DNA of 64,000 bases from Nemertoderma westbladi (lineage: Eukaryota; Animalia; Xenacoelomorpha), in contig JAUCBJ010000055.1 of the NCBI GenBank assembly GCA_032718475.1, positions 67,051 to 131,050 of the forward strand, read 5' to 3'. The notes beneath the pieces were generated by a model that saw only the letters and a program-made list of their open reading frames with translations, did not search any database and had not been told where the DNA came from. The stretch's first letter is position 1. Each line of letters opens with the position of its first letter. The translations under genes and the position numbers were made by a program. Shown here piece by piece: positions 62,173 through 64,000 of this stretch.

Positions 62173-62244
62173 TTAATATATGGCGATATTTCAGACTATT
62201 ATTATAAGCAAAGTTCTTATCATTAATTATATCACGATTGGGAG

Positions 62245-62512
62245 AGGGATTCTGGAGTTGGAGGCTACTCTCATGGTCCACCCCGACCAACCAAGCCATT
62301 GGTGAATCTGAGGCAAGTCACTAGACTAGCCTCAGTTAACACCCTAACATTCGGGTCCCAAATGCGACAAGGTGAGCTGACTGACTTGGCAGATAAGGTT
62401 TCTGTAAGCGCAGTGGGTATGCAAGAGCACCGAATACAGACTGGACAGACTGATGAGTTTCTGATTAAGGACATAGGGGGTGGTTGGCGACTCGCCCTCA
62501 CATCTGCAGATG
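62245..62512 (+). pseudogene. RTE endonuclease N-terminal fragment
   Basis: RLASVNTLT...VGMQEHRIQTGQTDE..IKDIGGGWRLAL overlaps the start of the ORF at 46958. Confidence 0.8.
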
Positions 62513-64000
62513 TTAAGCGTTTGCGGCAAAAATGTGTCGTTTTTGTGCAATATGCGAACTACTCTAAAACTGCATTATCTCGAGGGATTGGAGAATGTAT
62601 AAAACTTACGCCCTCTAGCGTTTATTTTGGTACAGAGCTGTAGTGACGAAATCACCAGCCATTGGCAAGAATTTCTCTTTGTCCCGTATCCTCTATGTTA
62701 TTTTCCGGCTAATCAGCACAATTTTCACTTTACATATTCTTGAGGCCTTGTTTACATATGAATAAGTCGCAGTGCCACAAAATCATTCATTCTGACTTCT
62801 GCCCGAGACCATCCATGGACAGACTGCGAGAGGGTTATCTACCACAATATATTATCTCTCTTCATTCACTAAAATTATGGACTCTCTGCACTTACAGCAA
62901 ACATCTGACTGTTGATTAACTGCCGGCACCGCATAATTTTATACTGTTTTATACTATTATTCATTGTTATTTGGTAACGTATGTAATGGATGTTTATATT
63001 TGGAGAATACATACGAATAATCAATAATCCCAACTAACTTTCTTTATTATTGAGGTAAGCAGAAGGGAACATTAGTAACAATTGCTTGGCTCAAATTACA
63101 GTGGTCTGTATTAATTTTATGCTATTTCATAACCCCAACGTAAGTGAGCTACATTTATCCTTATATATGAGTAAAATTGGTAACAGTCGGCAAATTAATG
63201 TGTTTCAGTACTATTGTCAGTAAAGTGAGTGTGAGTGAATAATTCTACATTCCTAAAGAATGTAAAACCGTGATGTTCCATAACCCTCCGATGTACTTCG
63301 TATAAAGCATAACTCTGTCTGATATTTGAAGCGCAGCATCTAAAGGAACTGTTGATATTGCCCTGAAAATAAGCATAGTTTTTGGGGATTATATAGTAGA
63401 GATCAATCGAATAATCCAAAGTAGCCTACCCCATTCTCGGCCATAGAATTCAGTCTCCCACATACGGTGGGTCATACGCATAGACTGGCTTCTATTGTGG
63501 TCATATTTTGTGCTGGCTGTCAGACAACATAAGACACGTAAATTAACAGGTTAAACTGTTAAAGGACTAAGGCCCCCTGGACTGATTTAAACCCTATGTA
63601 CCTTTTCAAGTACCGAAAAGTAACACCGCACACACACGGCGTAAAACAAAGTGCTACAAACTAACTGTTAGCTAGTCAAATATTAAATACGAAAGTACTA
63701 GCTACCCTAAAAGCCTACTGAAGCAGGGGACGTTCTAAATTACTAAATTTACTAACCTTAAATTTTAAATATCTCCTACTTTCAATAGCTAACAATTCTA
63801 AGCTATACTATACACTAATTTCAGAATTTGTATAATATACTTCCTACTGTAAGGTAGGAATATTTTACACTACGATAGAAGTACTATATACTAATTTATA
63901 TAAATACTTCCTACTGTAAGGGTCCAGTAGTATACCGCTTACCAGATCCTAGTAACGATGTATCTTACTATGAGACTCTAGTAATGTATACGGGCTCGTA

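Larger units (their letters stand above)
48821..62240 (+). repeat. Local mosaic duplication (boundaries approximate)
   Basis: 48821-50712 ~ 59054-60616 plus 62177-62240; 49930-50190 ~ 53275-53458; 50199-50560 ~ 57154-57515; 51088-52806 ~ 57514-59050. Confidence 0.8.

Noticed and set aside
63625-63660. CACACGGCGTAAAACAA, resembling an LTR end and the predicted PBS of C
   Set aside because: Too short, with no LTR homology around it; probably chance.

Overview
This window looks like repeat-rich animal (probably invertebrate) DNA, and I see no host gene in it. Bases 1-44347 are a four-level nest of BEL/Pao LTR retrotransposons. Element C is the outermost. Element A (1838-43281, TSD AGAGT) sits inside C. 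Element D sits antisense in A's gag (TSD AGTGT, ~1.85-kb LTRs ending TA...TA). Element B (16923-26293, TSD GTCTC) sits inside D. An ~11.5-kb inversion (28338-39864) later scrambled A and D. Bases 44348-64000 hold RTE LINE pieces, two Gypsy integrase relics in a local duplication, an intact THAP/P-type DNA transposon (62-bp TIRs, 8-bp TSD) and a TTAA piggyBac-type MITE. Main candidate system: none of the three BEL/Pao 5' LTRs present (A, B, D) is followed by a TGG tRNA primer-binding site. Instead, each PBS position is complementary to a segment inside that element's own LTR, and the two sequences change together between families. The two pol-bearing families (A, D) also carry a second ORF with a DEDD-type 3'-5' exonuclease-like domain fused to CCHC zinc knuckles. 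I infer a possible tRNA-independent, self-primed BEL/Pao lineage with its own nuclease. All alignments were done by eye; no database search was run.
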